Source: Candidatus Kaiserbacteria bacterium (GTDB lineage: Bacteria > Patescibacteriota > Minisyncoccia > Phycocordibacterales > Phycocordibacteraceae). From it: a stretch of 46,563 nucleotides of DNA. The notes under the pieces were generated by a model. That model was not told the origin of the DNA, searched no databases, and was given only the letters and a program-made list of their open reading frames with translations. Made by a program: the position numbers and the translations under genes. The stretch is from contig JARIGM010000014.1 in NCBI GenBank assembly GCA_029288865.1, forward strand, positions 1 through 46,563, given 5' to 3'. Shown here piece after piece: positions 26,800 to 37,063 of the stretch; the first letter of the stretch is position 1, and every line of letters starts with the position of its first letter.

Positions 26800-28054
26800 C
26801 GAAAGTCTCTTTGCCCACGTACGGCACGAGCGCTGCAGGCACCTGGATCGTACCGTCTGCTTGCTGATAATTCTCAACGATCATCGAGAGCACGCGTGGC
26901 ATCGCGATTGCAGTGTTGTTAAGCGAGTGCGGGAAGCGAAGTTTCTCATCTGCATCACGATAGCGGATGTTCAAACGACGCGTCTGGAAATCATGGAAAT
27001 ATGATGACGAGTGCGTCTCGCGATACATATTCTGGGACGGCATCCATGCCTCGATGTCATACTTCTTCACTTGGCCAAGACCGAGGTCACCACCACAGTT
27101 CACGACGACATGGTATGGAAGACCGAGCAGTTGGAGGAATTCTTCTGCGTTCTGCGTGAGCTCTTCGTGTAATCGAACTGATTCCTCATGGGAGGCCTCG
27201 CAGAGGACGACCTGTTCCCACTTGAAGAATTCGTGCACGCGGATAAGCCCCTTCGTATCCTTGCTGTGACTACCCGCTTCACGACGGAAGCATGGCGAAT
27301 ACGAAACGAACTTCATCGGAAGTTGTGCCTTCTCGATTGTTTCGTCCATATAATAACCCATCGTCGCAACTTCGCCGGTACCCGCGAGATATTCGCCATC
27401 CTGCGTCTTATAAAGGTCTTCCTCGCCTTGCGGCAAGTAGCCTGTACCCATGAAATTCTCACGACGAACGAGCGACGGCACGATCATCGGTTGGAATCCT
27501 TTCTTCACGAAATGCATGAGTGCAAGCTGCGAGACAGCGTTCGCAAGAAGGACCCCTTCATTCTTGAGGAAATATCCGCGGAACCCTGCAACCTTTGCGC
27601 CGCGCTCGAAGTCTGCCATGTCGAGTGAGGTCATGAGATCAATGTGATCCTTTACCGGGAAATCGAAAGATGGAATCTGGCCCCACGTACGAACTTCCTG
27701 ATTCTCTGCATCACTCTCTCCTTCTGGCACCGTCATGTCTGGAATGTTCGGCACTTCGAGCATGAGTTTCTGCCACTCCTCCATTACCTTCGTATGCTTC
27801 TCCTCAACCTCCTGCATGCTGTCCTTCACGTAGCGCATGCTTTCGATGTATTTGGTGCGTTCGTCCCCTTTCGCAAGTGCGATCAGGCTACTCGTGCGAT
27901 TTTGTTCTGCTCGCTTCTCATCGAGAAGCTGACGGAGCTGCTTACGCTCCTCATCTACGGCCAGAAGGCGGTCAATATCAATCTGAATATGCTTCTTGCG
28001 GGCACCTTCCTTTACGACGTCGGCGTTTTCACGGATAAAATGTATGTCGAGCAT
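26771..28054 (-). CDS. serS: Serine--tRNA ligase
   Basis: MLDIHFIREN, LAGTGE, CFRREAG, GLIRVHEFFK.E, KKYDIEAWMP and LNNTAIA.PR. Confidence 0.97.
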   Translation of the reverse strand: MLDIHFIRENADVVKEGARKKHIQIDIDRLLAVDEERKQLRQLLDEKRAEQNRTSSLIALAKGDERTKYIESMRYVKDSMQEVEEKHTKVMEEWQKLMLEVPNIPDMTVPEGESDAENQEVRTWGQIPSFDFPVKDHIDLMTSLDMADFERGAKVAGFRGYFLKNEGVLLANAVSQLALMHFVKKGFQPMIVPSLVRRENFMGTGYLPQGEEDLYKTQDGEYLAGTGEVATMGYYMDETIEKAQLPMKFVSYSPCFRREAGSHSKDTKGLIRVHEFFKWEQVVLCEASHEESVRLHEELTQNAEEFLQLLGLPYHVVVNCGGDLGLGQVKKYDIEAWMPSQNMYRETHSSSYFHDFQTRRLNIRYRDADEKLRFPHSLNNTAIAMPRVLSMIVENYQQADGTIQVPAALVPYVGKETFDGKILGHTA

Positions 28055-28066
28055 GTTCGTACTATT

Positions 28067-29935
28067 CTACGACCAACTCGAGAGTTGCACAATTTCCTTC
28101 TGTACGAAACGTAAGGCGGCAGCGACGAATTCGGCTAACCACTGCCGTATCGCCTGAACCGCCCCGTATACGTCAGCCACCTGCGTACTTGTCGCAGTAG
28201 TTGTTGCGAACGGATCCACGGTCACTTGCTGATATGCAGTAGTAGTCGTGCCATTCGGTCCGCTGCACGTGAGTCCATAAATCTGACTATGCTGAATGTT
28301 TGACTGGGTGCGTGAAAAGTTCGGCGAATAGCTACCAGCCCACGAGATACTTGCATAGCAACGTGTCGTGTTGACTGATGTTCCTGAGATCGTAACCATT
28401 CCGCCCAATGGAATAGAAGTCGGTATAACGATGAAGCTCGTTATGAACGGACTCGTGCTCGAGACAGGCACATTCACCGTCGAAGCAACCAGTTCCTTAA
28501 CTGGATTCGAGATTGGCGCAGCATTGGGGAATGCATTCTGCACCGCAGCATCGAATGTAGAAGCGCGCGTAAGACCGTCGAGCCAAAGAATATTGGTAGG
28601 ACCGTTCGGCGCTTGCACTGCACGATAGAGGCCCTCTTTCCAGTAGTGGTACCCCAGGTTCGTCGAGACCGAACTCCTATATTGCAATGTCGGCGCGTTC
28701 ACATCGAGCACTTGGGTGAAATCCGTCTGTCCTTCATCGCGTCGCCATACCGTGATCTCTCCCGTGGAATCGACAGCAAATTTCAGCTTGATGACAAAAT
28801 CGACCCAATGCCCGAGTGCCAACGAACTATCTGATAGTTGATAGTTATGGGGCGTATTCGAATCCAGATCGCCTCCATCGTTTTGGATCCAGAACCGATC
28901 GGTCGCATTAAGCCCAAATGATGGACTTGCTTTAACATTATTTGGACCATGCAATTGTAATATCAGTCCAAAACTGCCGGGCGATACCCAATTCGGATCA
29001 AGTCGCACGCTGAACGCATAATACTGCGTTCCGCTTGAGAGACTCTCGTTAAGCAAGCTCCCGTCTGTGTTTGTCATTTCTGCGACTTCCGCCCGCTCAG
29101 TGCCAAGTCCGAGAGGGTCATCTCCGGGACGCACCTCAACTCGCAATGCTTGCGAGCCCGCACGAACCACATCGCTTACCACCTGCATGCTGTAAGCTGC
29201 GACTGCTTGCTTTACATGCCACCTTCCTGGGGCAAGGATCTGCCCATCATCCCAGGTGCTCGAGAACGAGACGATACCTGACGGCTGGGTCATTGTTGCT
29301 TGGGAAGAAGTCACAGGAATACCTGGCGGATAATAGATGGTCTTGCTAGATGACGATACCGTATCCGAGACCGTTACGGGAGCTAAAGCAGGAGGGGAGG
29401 CTGCTTGAGTTGGCGCAGGCGCTGACTGCGGAGCAGTAGTTTGACTCGGATTGGCAATTGGAGAGGAAGGAACGGGCGTATGAGCAACCGAACTTACATG
29501 TCCAGAAGAGATGGGAGGATTCTCAAAAGCGTTTGTCACCGGTGCAGGCTCGGGCTTGGTCGGAGGAGCTGGCGGGTCATATACGACGGGCTCTACCGGT
29601 GCAGGTACAGGCGCGGTAAGGAACGGTATGGAAGCCATCACGTTTGGGAGCTTGAACTGGGCCTGCTCATCATATTGAGCAACACCGGCCGCGCCGAGGA
29701 TCAGGACACTTATGAACATGACCCACGAAAGCACATGTGAGGTTGATTTCTTGTCGATGTGCGGCATCGACTGGGGGACTTTTACGCCATAGAGCGCTGC
29801 ACGCACCACATTCATCGCCTGGATGACGTCTTCGCTACTGTTCCCAGCTGCAATCAGTTCCTTAAAAAGTTCATCCTGTGGGACACCTTTTTCAAGAGAT
29901 TCGCGAATATGCTTAAGCAGGTCGGGAGTGATCAT
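28067..29935 (-). CDS. Membrane-anchored protein with a polysaccharide-lyase-like (beta-jelly-roll) domain
   Basis: Short helical N-terminal domain, TM, Pro/Thr linker, then RAEV, YYAFSVRLD..W, LILQLHG, GHWVDFVI, G.ITVWR and YWKEGLYR, resembling the Polysacc_lyase family. Confidence 0.6.
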   Translation of the reverse strand: MITPDLLKHIRESLEKGVPQDELFKELIAAGNSSEDVIQAMNVVRAALYGVKVPQSMPHIDKKSTSHVLSWVMFISVLILGAAGVAQYDEQAQFKLPNVMASIPFLTAPVPAPVEPVVYDPPAPPTKPEPAPVTNAFENPPISSGHVSSVAHTPVPSSPIANPSQTTAPQSAPAPTQAASPPALAPVTVSDTVSSSSKTIYYPPGIPVTSSQATMTQPSGIVSFSSTWDDGQILAPGRWHVKQAVAAYSMQVVSDVVRAGSQALRVEVRPGDDPLGLGTERAEVAEMTNTDGSLLNESLSSGTQYYAFSVRLDPNWVSPGSFGLILQLHGPNNVKASPSFGLNATDRFWIQNDGGDLDSNTPHNYQLSDSSLALGHWVDFVIKLKFAVDSTGEITVWRRDEGQTDFTQVLDVNAPTLQYRSSVSTNLGYHYWKEGLYRAVQAPNGPTNILWLDGLTRASTFDAAVQNAFPNAAPISNPVKELVASTVNVPVSSTSPFITSFIVIPTSIPLGGMVTISGTSVNTTRCYASISWAGSYSPNFSRTQSNIQHSQIYGLTCSGPNGTTTTAYQQVTVDPFATTTATSTQVADVYGAVQAIRQWLAEFVAAALRFVQKEIVQLSSWS

Positions 29936-30031
29936 TGCAGCTAATACGGCTGAGCATACCGAAATAATATCAGAAAAACTTTAGAACTATTTGATCAGGA
30001 TTTCATAGCGGATTGCTGATACTTGATTCAT

Positions 30032-30913
30032 ATGAATATCAATTCTGAATCATTCCGAACCCAAGTTATTACCCCTCTGCAGTATCCGCCTTATTTACGC
30101 AAGATTACCGACGCGCCCAAGCAACTCTGGCTCCGTGGTGAGTTACCGCCATCCGAGACGAAATTCCTTGCAGTGGTGGGGTCGAGAGCGCTATCACGGT
30201 ATGGCAAAGAAGCATGCGAGATGCTGATCGCCGGACTTGCTGGATATCCGATCTCGATCGTATCGGGCCTAGCGCTCGGCGCCGATGCTTGCGCGCACCG
30301 AGCTGCACTCGCGGCCGGTCTGCACACGATTGCGATTCCCGGTTCAGGTTTGAACGATGATGTCATCGGGCCGCGAACGAATCTCGGGTTAGCACGTGAC
30401 ATTCTAGCCCACGGTGGTGCACTCATTTCAGAAAATGAACCTGACCATCAAGCCGCTCCATACGATTTCCCCTCCCGCAACCGCATCATGGTGGGGCTTG
30501 CCGATGCTGTACTAGTCATAGAAGCGGGACCGCAATCCGGCTCGCTCATCTCCGCTAAGTACGCGGGCGAATATAACCGACACCTCTTATGTGTTCCGCA
30601 TCGAATCGGTGATCCGCATGGATATGGAGCCGAGATATTCTTGCGCATCGGTGCGACGCTCGTAACAAAATCCGAGCACATTCTTGAAGCGCTTCAGATC
30701 GAGACGAATGCAGTCCAGCAAAGCATGCGCTTGCAGACGAATCTTTCACAGCTTGAGCGAATTGTATTCGACTCGCTTGCCGAACCCAAAGCGCGAGATG
30801 AGCTCATCCGTTTGCATCCTGAGACTCCCGCGCACGAGATTCTCACAGCGCTCATGTCACTTGAATTAAAAGGCGTAATACAAGAACGGTTCGGCAAATG
30901 GAGTCGCGTATGA
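30032..30913 (+). CDS. dprA: DNA-processing protein DprA/Smf
   Basis: YPPYLRKITDAP, LAVVGSR, IVSGLALGAD..AH, FPSRNRIM.GL, VIEA...SGSL and a C-terminal winged helix. Confidence 0.95.
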   Translation: MNINSESFRTQVITPLQYPPYLRKITDAPKQLWLRGELPPSETKFLAVVGSRALSRYGKEACEMLIAGLAGYPISIVSGLALGADACAHRAALAAGLHTIAIPGSGLNDDVIGPRTNLGLARDILAHGGALISENEPDHQAAPYDFPSRNRIMVGLADAVLVIEAGPQSGSLISAKYAGEYNRHLLCVPHRIGDPHGYGAEIFLRIGATLVTKSEHILEALQIETNAVQQSMRLQTNLSQLERIVFDSLAEPKARDELIRLHPETPAHEILTALMSLELKGVIQERFGKWSRV

Positions 30914-30962
30914 TGAGCTTCGCGCACCCTTCATGGCTTGACCATATTATATAAGGTACGGT

Positions 30963-33413
30963 ATGAGTAACGAAAGCATGGCTACATCAGCAAAGACGAA
31001 AGGCGGCAAGATACTCTTGATCGTAGAGTCGCCCGCGAAAGCGCGTACGATCCAGCAATACCTCGGTAACCAATACGAGGTGCTTGCATCTATTGGTCAC
31101 GTGCGCGACCTTCCGAAGAGCAATAAGGACGCTGTCGACATCGAGGACGGCTTCGTCCCGCGATATGTCGTGCCAGCTGAAAAGCGTGAAGTGATCGAGC
31201 GAATCAAGAAAGCTGCAAGCACGGCAAGCGAGATCTATCTCGCGACAGACCCCGACCGCGAAGGAGAAGCTATTGCATGGCATATAAAGGAAGCCGTCGG
31301 ATTGAAATCCCCAAAACGCGTAGTCTTCCACGAGATCACGAAAGCGGCAGTTGAAGAGGCCATCTCACATCCTCGCTTGATCGACGAGCATTTGCGCCGC
31401 GCCCAAGAGGCGCGCCGGGTGCTCGATCGTATCGTCGGCTACGACCTCTCCGGTCTCATCTGGAAAAAGGTGCGCTACGGCCTTTCGGCCGGACGCGTGC
31501 AATCTCCTGCGCTCCGCATCATCGCGGAACGCGAACGTGAGATCACTGCATTCATACCTGAAACGTACTACGTACTTGATGCGACATTCAAAGCCCCTGG
31601 TGGTGAATTCCCTGCAAGCTGCACCGAGAAACCTTCGACTCCTGAAGAAGCAGAACGCATCGTGAAGCTCGGTCGCACTGCGACCTGGACCATCGACGAA
31701 CTCTCAGAGCGCGACGAGCTCCGTAATCCTCGCGCACCGTTTACCACCTCAACACTTCAGCAAACTGCTTCGACCCGCCTTGGCTTCTCCCCATCACGCA
31801 CGATGCGTGCTGCACAAAAACTGTACGAAGCGGGACATATCACGTACATGCGTACAGATTCCGTGAACCTTTCAGAGGAAGCGGTTACTAAGATGCTTGC
31901 AGAAGTGGAAAAGGAATTCGGAAAGGAATACGCAGAACGACACGTATATAAAACGAAGAGCAAGAATGCCCAGGAGGCGCACGAAGCTGTCCGCCCAACT
32001 GATGCCGCTCGCAAACAAGCCGGCTCGACTCCAGACGAACAAGCACTCTATAGCCTGATCCGTATCCGCGCGCTCGCGTCTCAGATGAAGGCAGCGAAGG
32101 CGCTCGCCACGCGAGTCCGCATCAAAGCAGATGCAGACATTCCGCTCTTCAGCGCGAATGGTTCACGTATCGTGTTCCCGGGATGGCTCGCGCTCGATAC
32201 TCGCGCGCGTGGTGAAGACGTCGAGTTGCCAAAACTCGTCGAGAAGGAGGCAGTAGACCTCCTCTCTCTTGGTTCACTTGAGAAGCAAACCGAACCACCG
32301 AATCGCTACACCGAAGCAGGACTCGTGAAAGAACTTGAGAAGCGCGGTATCGGCCGCCCTTCTACCTACGCATCTATCATGAAGACTATCCAAGACCGCG
32401 GATACGTTGAGAAAGACGGTCGCACCCTTAAACCAACTGCGACCGGCATGGTGGTATCAGGCTGGCTAGAAGAGCACTTTGCGGATTATGTTTCGGATTC
32501 GTTCACTGCCGAGATGGAAGACGAGCTCGATGAAATCGCACGTGGCGAGCGTGGATACGAAAAGACCATGCAGGATTTTTATACACCCTTTGAGAAGGCC
32601 GTCCATTCGAAAGACAAGCTTCCGAAGGCCACCTCTCTCGGCCCCGTGCCGGACGAATTCCCGTGCCCGAAATGTGGCGCAAAGATGGAATTCAAGCTCG
32701 GTCGCGGTGGCATATTCATGAGCTGTACGCGGTATCCGGATTGCGATGGCGCTCGTCAAGAAGATGGCACTGAACTTAAGAGCGATGAGCCGCTTGGTCA
32801 TGATCCTGAAACAGGCGCGCCAATATTCATTCGCACAGGCCGCTTCGGTCCTTATGTGGAAATGCTCCTGCCCGAGGAAACTGCACCGGCAGAGCCCGTG
32901 GAAGAAGTGCCCCGCCTCACGAAGAGCGGCAAGCCATCAAAGGCAAAAAAGAAACCGAAAGGTCGCCCGAAGCAAGCCGCAAAACGTGCCAGCGTACCGC
33001 CAGGTACTGACCTTTCTTCGCTTTCGCTCGCTGACGCATTGCGATACCTCTCCCTCCCCCGCGAACTTGGTACTCATCCGTCCACCGGCAAACCAGTCAT
33101 GGCGAACACCGGCCGCTTCGGTCCGTACATCGCGCATGACGGAGAGTTCCGTTCCCTTAAGGCAAACATTGGCGATCCATACACCGTCACCCTCGACCAA
33201 GCTCTTGCGATCCTTGCAGAGCCAAAGAAGCCACCGCGCGGCGTTGAAGAAATGCATGAGATCGGCAAGCATCCGAAAACCGGCAAGATGATCACCCTCT
33301 ACAAATCGAAGCAAGGTCTCTTCTTGAAGAAAGGTCTCCGTCGCATCTATCTCCCCGAATCACGAAAGGCTGAAGACCTCACGCCACTTGAAGCTGCTGA
33401 GTATCTGAAGTAA
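30963..33413 (+). CDS. topA: DNA topoisomerase I
   Basis: LLIVESPAKA, LATDPDREGEAIAWH, SAGRVQS, ITYMRTD (catalytic Tyr), EAHEAVRPT, one CxxC zinc ribbon and GRFGPY repeats. Confidence 0.97.
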   Translation: MSNESMATSAKTKGGKILLIVESPAKARTIQQYLGNQYEVLASIGHVRDLPKSNKDAVDIEDGFVPRYVVPAEKREVIERIKKAASTASEIYLATDPDREGEAIAWHIKEAVGLKSPKRVVFHEITKAAVEEAISHPRLIDEHLRRAQEARRVLDRIVGYDLSGLIWKKVRYGLSAGRVQSPALRIIAEREREITAFIPETYYVLDATFKAPGGEFPASCTEKPSTPEEAERIVKLGRTATWTIDELSERDELRNPRAPFTTSTLQQTASTRLGFSPSRTMRAAQKLYEAGHITYMRTDSVNLSEEAVTKMLAEVEKEFGKEYAERHVYKTKSKNAQEAHEAVRPTDAARKQAGSTPDEQALYSLIRIRALASQMKAAKALATRVRIKADADIPLFSANGSRIVFPGWLALDTRARGEDVELPKLVEKEAVDLLSLGSLEKQTEPPNRYTEAGLVKELEKRGIGRPSTYASIMKTIQDRGYVEKDGRTLKPTATGMVVSGWLEEHFADYVSDSFTAEMEDELDEIARGERGYEKTMQDFYTPFEKAVHSKDKLPKATSLGPVPDEFPCPKCGAKMEFKLGRGGIFMSCTRYPDCDGARQEDGTELKSDEPLGHDPETGAPIFIRTGRFGPYVEMLLPEETAPAEPVEEVPRLTKSGKPSKAKKKPKGRPKQAAKRASVPPGTDLSSLSLADALRYLSLPRELGTHPSTGKPVMANTGRFGPYIAHDGEFRSLKANIGDPYTVTLDQALAILAEPKKPPRGVEEMHEIGKHPKTGKMITLYKSKQGLFLKKGLRRIYLPESRKAEDLTPLEAAEYLK

Positions 33414-33458
33414 CCCGATACCCTCTGCTCGGGAGAAGTGTTATACTGTGCGGTACAA

Positions 33459-35075
33459 ATGACGACCGTCAAGGAAATCATCGCAGAGATGCACGATCAC
33501 ACTCCTGAGGATGAGGCACTCATTCAAAAGGCGTATACATTTGCAGAGAAAGCGCACGCTCCCCACACGCGCTATTCCGGCGAACCATACTTCATCCATC
33601 CAGCAGCAACGGCCAAACACCTTGCTCAACTCGGCATGGATGCACCGACTGTCGCAGCCGGTCTCCTCCATGACACGGTCGAAGACGCTGACGTGACCGA
33701 AGAACAGATCGAGGCTGAATTCGGGCCTGAGGTGCGATTCTTGGTCGAAGGTGTTACCAAGCTCGGAAAACATAAGTATCGTGGCGCAGAGCGCCACGCA
33801 GAGTCTCTGAGACGCCTTCTCGTGGCTACCTCAGCCGATGTGCGCGTGCTTATCATCAAGTTGGCGGATCGGTACCACAACATGACCACGCTCCAGCACG
33901 TTCCTGAGCACAAGCGAAAACGCATCGCGATGGAAACCATCGAGATATTCGCGCCACTCGCCGACCGTCTCGGCATGGGGCGCATCAAGAAAGATCTTGA
34001 AGACCTTTCATTCCCTGCACTTGATCCTGATGCATACAAGCACGCGCTTGAAGTACGAAAGCTGAAAAGCAAAGAAACCGAAGCTGGCTTGCAGCGTGTC
34101 CAGAAAGAGCTGCGTCATGCACTCGCACGAAAAGACATCACAGACTTCCGTACGGAAATCCGTATCAAAGGTCTCTGGAGTTTGCATCAAAAGCTAAAGC
34201 GTAAAGATGACGACATCACGACGATTCATGATATCGCTGCGCTCCGCGTCATCGTGCCGAGCATCGACAACTGCTATGTGGCATTGGGCGTGATTCACTC
34301 AATGTGGCGTCCATTGCCGGGCGAGTTCAAAGACTACATCGCCTTCCCTAAGCCGAACGGCTATCAGTCGCTTCATACGACCGTCCTTACGAGTGAAGCA
34401 GGAGTTGTGGAGATTCAAATCCGCACGCAAGAGATGCATAAGAAGGCGCAATACGGCGTTGCTTCGCACATGTCATACAAACAGCTCGGAAAGACAGCAA
34501 GTGCAAATGCCTTTGAAAAGCTTTCAATACCATGGATCCGAGACCTCGTACCAGGACTTCTCCAGCTTCCTAAAAAGCAGGCAGTTCCTGAACCCGATGA
34601 GCACAAAAGCAAGAAAGCTCCGCGTAATGCGATCGGTCCTTCATGGCTTGCTGATCTCGCGAATGCACATGGCGTTGATGGACAGTCTGAGGAATTCGTC
34701 GAAGGCCTGAAGCGTGATTTCTTCTCGCATCGCGTGTTCGTGTTCACGCCGCGCGGCGATGTTATCGACTTGCCGATGCATTCCACGCCGGTGGATTTTG
34801 CATACGCCATTCATAGCGAGCTGGGCAATCACATGGCCGGAGTAAAAGTGAATGGCAAGCTCGTGTCATTCGATACTCGCCTACGCAATGGCGACATCGT
34901 TGAGATCCAGGAACGTCCTTCGGCGCATCCGACTGCAAAATGGATAGACTTCGCGCGCACTGCCCTTGCACGCCGGCACATCCGCAACGCGCTTGAGATT
35001 CAAGCGCCAAACCCGCCGCCTGCACCTGATACGCGAAAAGAAAGAAAAGGTCGCCCGAGCAAACCGAAGCGCTAG
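33459..35075 (+). CDS. relA: RelA/SpoT-family (p)ppGpp synthetase/hydrolase (HD-SYNTH-TGS, no ACT domain)
   Basis: RYSGEPYFIHP, LLHDTVED, KLADRYHNM, DYIAFPKPNGYQSLHT, EIQIRT..MH; TGS motif TPVDFAYAIHS. Confidence 0.92.
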   Translation: MTTVKEIIAEMHDHTPEDEALIQKAYTFAEKAHAPHTRYSGEPYFIHPAATAKHLAQLGMDAPTVAAGLLHDTVEDADVTEEQIEAEFGPEVRFLVEGVTKLGKHKYRGAERHAESLRRLLVATSADVRVLIIKLADRYHNMTTLQHVPEHKRKRIAMETIEIFAPLADRLGMGRIKKDLEDLSFPALDPDAYKHALEVRKLKSKETEAGLQRVQKELRHALARKDITDFRTEIRIKGLWSLHQKLKRKDDDITTIHDIAALRVIVPSIDNCYVALGVIHSMWRPLPGEFKDYIAFPKPNGYQSLHTTVLTSEAGVVEIQIRTQEMHKKAQYGVASHMSYKQLGKTASANAFEKLSIPWIRDLVPGLLQLPKKQAVPEPDEHKSKKAPRNAIGPSWLADLANAHGVDGQSEEFVEGLKRDFFSHRVFVFTPRGDVIDLPMHSTPVDFAYAIHSELGNHMAGVKVNGKLVSFDTRLRNGDIVEIQERPSAHPTAKWIDFARTALARRHIRNALEIQAPNPPPAPDTRKERKGRPSKPKR

Positions 35076-36046
35076 ACAGTAAAATTACTGACAGAGTAGA
35101 GACCCTCGTCTTGTGGTTCTGGGGCGGGTGCAACAAAGAGCGGCTCTGACGGTGGGACTGGCATGTCGCTCGGCACCGGCGTTTCAAGACCCGTATCCGC
35201 AGCCATCGTCGCGTAGTGCGCTTCCTCACGAGCAGCAAGTGCAGCGACAATGTGCGAAAGATCTTCCGGAGAGAAGAACTCAATGAGCAACCGACCACCG
35301 TTCGGACGGTTCTCGATCACCACACGCGTGCCGAGCGATTCAGTGAGATTCTTCTCGATCTCCATCATCTCAGGAGACTTGTCGTGCTTGCGAATCTTGT
35401 CTTGAGCGATACGACGAACCATCTGTTCGAGTACGCGGACCGAAGTCTTCTTGAGAAGGATTTCTTTGAAAAGAGTTGTCTGCTCCTGCGGACGATCCGA
35501 GAGCATAAGAAGCGCGCGTGCATGGCCTTCTGAAATCTCATGTCCAACGACGGCATTCTGAATCTCTTCAGGCAGGGCAAGCAAGCGGATAGAGTTCGAG
35601 ACGAACTCTCGACTGCGGCCGATCTTTGCACCGATCTCTGCGTGTGAGAGGCCGAATTCTTCGGCAAGCTGCGCAAGCGATTTCGCGCGATCGATCGCGT
35701 TCAGGTCTTCACGCTGCAAGTTCTCGACAATGGCGAGCTCGAGCTTCATGTGGTCGGTCTGCTCGCCCACACGGATCACGACCGGTACTTCGCGAAGACC
35801 TGCAAGCTTGGATGCACGCAAACGGCGCTCTCCCGCGATGAGCTCGTATGAGCTTGAGAGTCCACCATCTTCCTTTTCAACATCCTTGCGGGTGACCACG
35901 AGCGGCTGCAAAACGCCATACTGACGAATACTCTCTGAGAGCGATTTCAGCCGCTCCTCGTCGAACTCGCGACGAGGCTGGTACGGGTTTGGTTGGATAC
36001 GATCCACCTCCACCCAAAATATCGAATCGTACTTTGTCGGTTCCAT
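35072..36046 (-). CDS. parB: ParB/Spo0J family partition protein
   Basis: IQPNPYQPRREF, SIRQYGVLQP, YELIAGERRLRA, AIVENLQREDLN and HTH HAEIGAKIGRSR. Confidence 0.93.
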   Translation of the reverse strand: MEPTKYDSIFWVEVDRIQPNPYQPRREFDEERLKSLSESIRQYGVLQPLVVTRKDVEKEDGGLSSSYELIAGERRLRASKLAGLREVPVVIRVGEQTDHMKLELAIVENLQREDLNAIDRAKSLAQLAEEFGLSHAEIGAKIGRSREFVSNSIRLLALPEEIQNAVVGHEISEGHARALLMLSDRPQEQTTLFKEILLKKTSVRVLEQMVRRIAQDKIRKHDKSPEMMEIEKNLTESLGTRVVIENRPNGGRLLIEFFSPEDLSHIVAALAAREEAHYATMAADTGLETPVPSDMPVPPSEPLFVAPAPEPQDEGLYSVSNFTV

Positions 36047-36068
36047 TTCGGGTATTTTACCATGCAGA

Positions 36069-36097
36069 TTGAAAGATGCGCACAGACAGCGTACGAT
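36069..36097 (+). promoter_or_regulatory. Sigma70-type promoter for tRNA-Leu and miaA
   Basis: TTGAAA-17 nt-TACGAT, followed by the hairpin GCGGCC-CGAG-GGCCGC before the tRNA. Confidence 0.6.
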
Positions 36098-36127
36098 AGG
36101 AATACCGGCGGCCCGAGGGCCGCTCTT

Positions 36128-36214
36128 GCCGGAGTGGCGGAATTGGTAGACGCCACAGATTCAAAACCTGTTGTCCATTAGGGCGTGCGAGTTCGAGTCT
36201 CGCCTCCGGCACCA
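36128..36214 (+). tRNA. tRNA-Leu(CAA), CCA encoded
   Basis: Acceptor GCCGGAG/CTCCGGC, anticodon loop TTCAAAA, long variable arm, TTCGAGT T-loop, 3' ACCA. Confidence 0.95.
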
Positions 36215-36223
36215 AACGTATTT

Positions 36224-37063
36224 ATGGAAAAACCCCGCGTGGTATTTATCATCGGCCCGACCGGGTCCGGAAAATCGAGCCGTGCCGTTCGTGAAGCACA
36301 AGAAAGGAACGGAGAGATCATTTCCGTCGATTCGCGGCAAGTGTACCGCACGCTCGACATCGGCACCGAGAAAATATCCGTCGAAGAAATGGGCGGTATT
36401 CCACACCACTTGATCGACATCCGCGACCCGGAAGAGTCATACAGCGCCGGAGATTTCATACAAGACGCGCCACAACTCATCAGCGACATCCTCTCGCGCG
36501 GCAAACTACCGATCCTTGCCGGAGGTACTCATTTTTATTTCGATGCACTACTTTATGGATTGCCTGAGATACCTCCAGACGAAGAATTCCGTGCATCGCT
36601 CGAGCAATTCTCGAATGAGGAGCTGCACACAAAAATCGTGCAACTCGATGCTGAACGTGCTGCAGACCTCGACCCTGCCAACCGTCGCAGACTCATCCGC
36701 GCGCTCGAAATAATTGAAACAAAAGGTATCGTACCCAAACGCACAAATGTGGTCGAGCTGCCGTATGAAATAGAGTGGATTGTCATCGACCTTCCTCGCG
36801 AAGAACTCCGTACAAAAATTGATCTCCGCCTCGAGCAAGCGCTTGATCGCGGACTCATCGAAGAAGTACGCCGTACGCGCGAACGCGTCGGGGACATACG
36901 TCTCAATGAACTTGGCTTGGAATACCGTGTGGTCGGCGAATATCTTCGCGACGAGCGATCAGAAGAATCAATCTTCCCTGCTCTCAGCAGCAAACTTTGG
37001 CATTATGCGCGTCGCCAAAAAGCATGGCTCCGCAAGCTGAAAGACTCAGCAGATACAGACTAG
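36224..37063 (+). CDS. miaA: tRNA dimethylallyltransferase
   Basis: IIGPTGSGKS, EIISVDSRQVYR.LDIGT.K, PHHLIDI, GGTHFY, RRLIRALE and YARRQKAW. Confidence 0.96.
   Translation: MEKPRVVFIIGPTGSGKSSRAVREAQERNGEIISVDSRQVYRTLDIGTEKISVEEMGGIPHHLIDIRDPEESYSAGDFIQDAPQLISDILSRGKLPILAGGTHFYFDALLYGLPEIPPDEEFRASLEQFSNEELHTKIVQLDAERAADLDPANRRRLIRALEIIETKGIVPKRTNVVELPYEIEWIVIDLPREELRTKIDLRLEQALDRGLIEEVRRTRERVGDIRLNELGLEYRVVGEYLRDERSEESIFPALSSKLWHYARRQKAWLRKLKDSADTD

Noticed and set aside
35072-36127. parABS locus or replication origin
   Set aside because: No parA is adjacent, and I found no parS palindrome (TGTTTCACGTGAAACA-like) or DnaA-box cluster by eye
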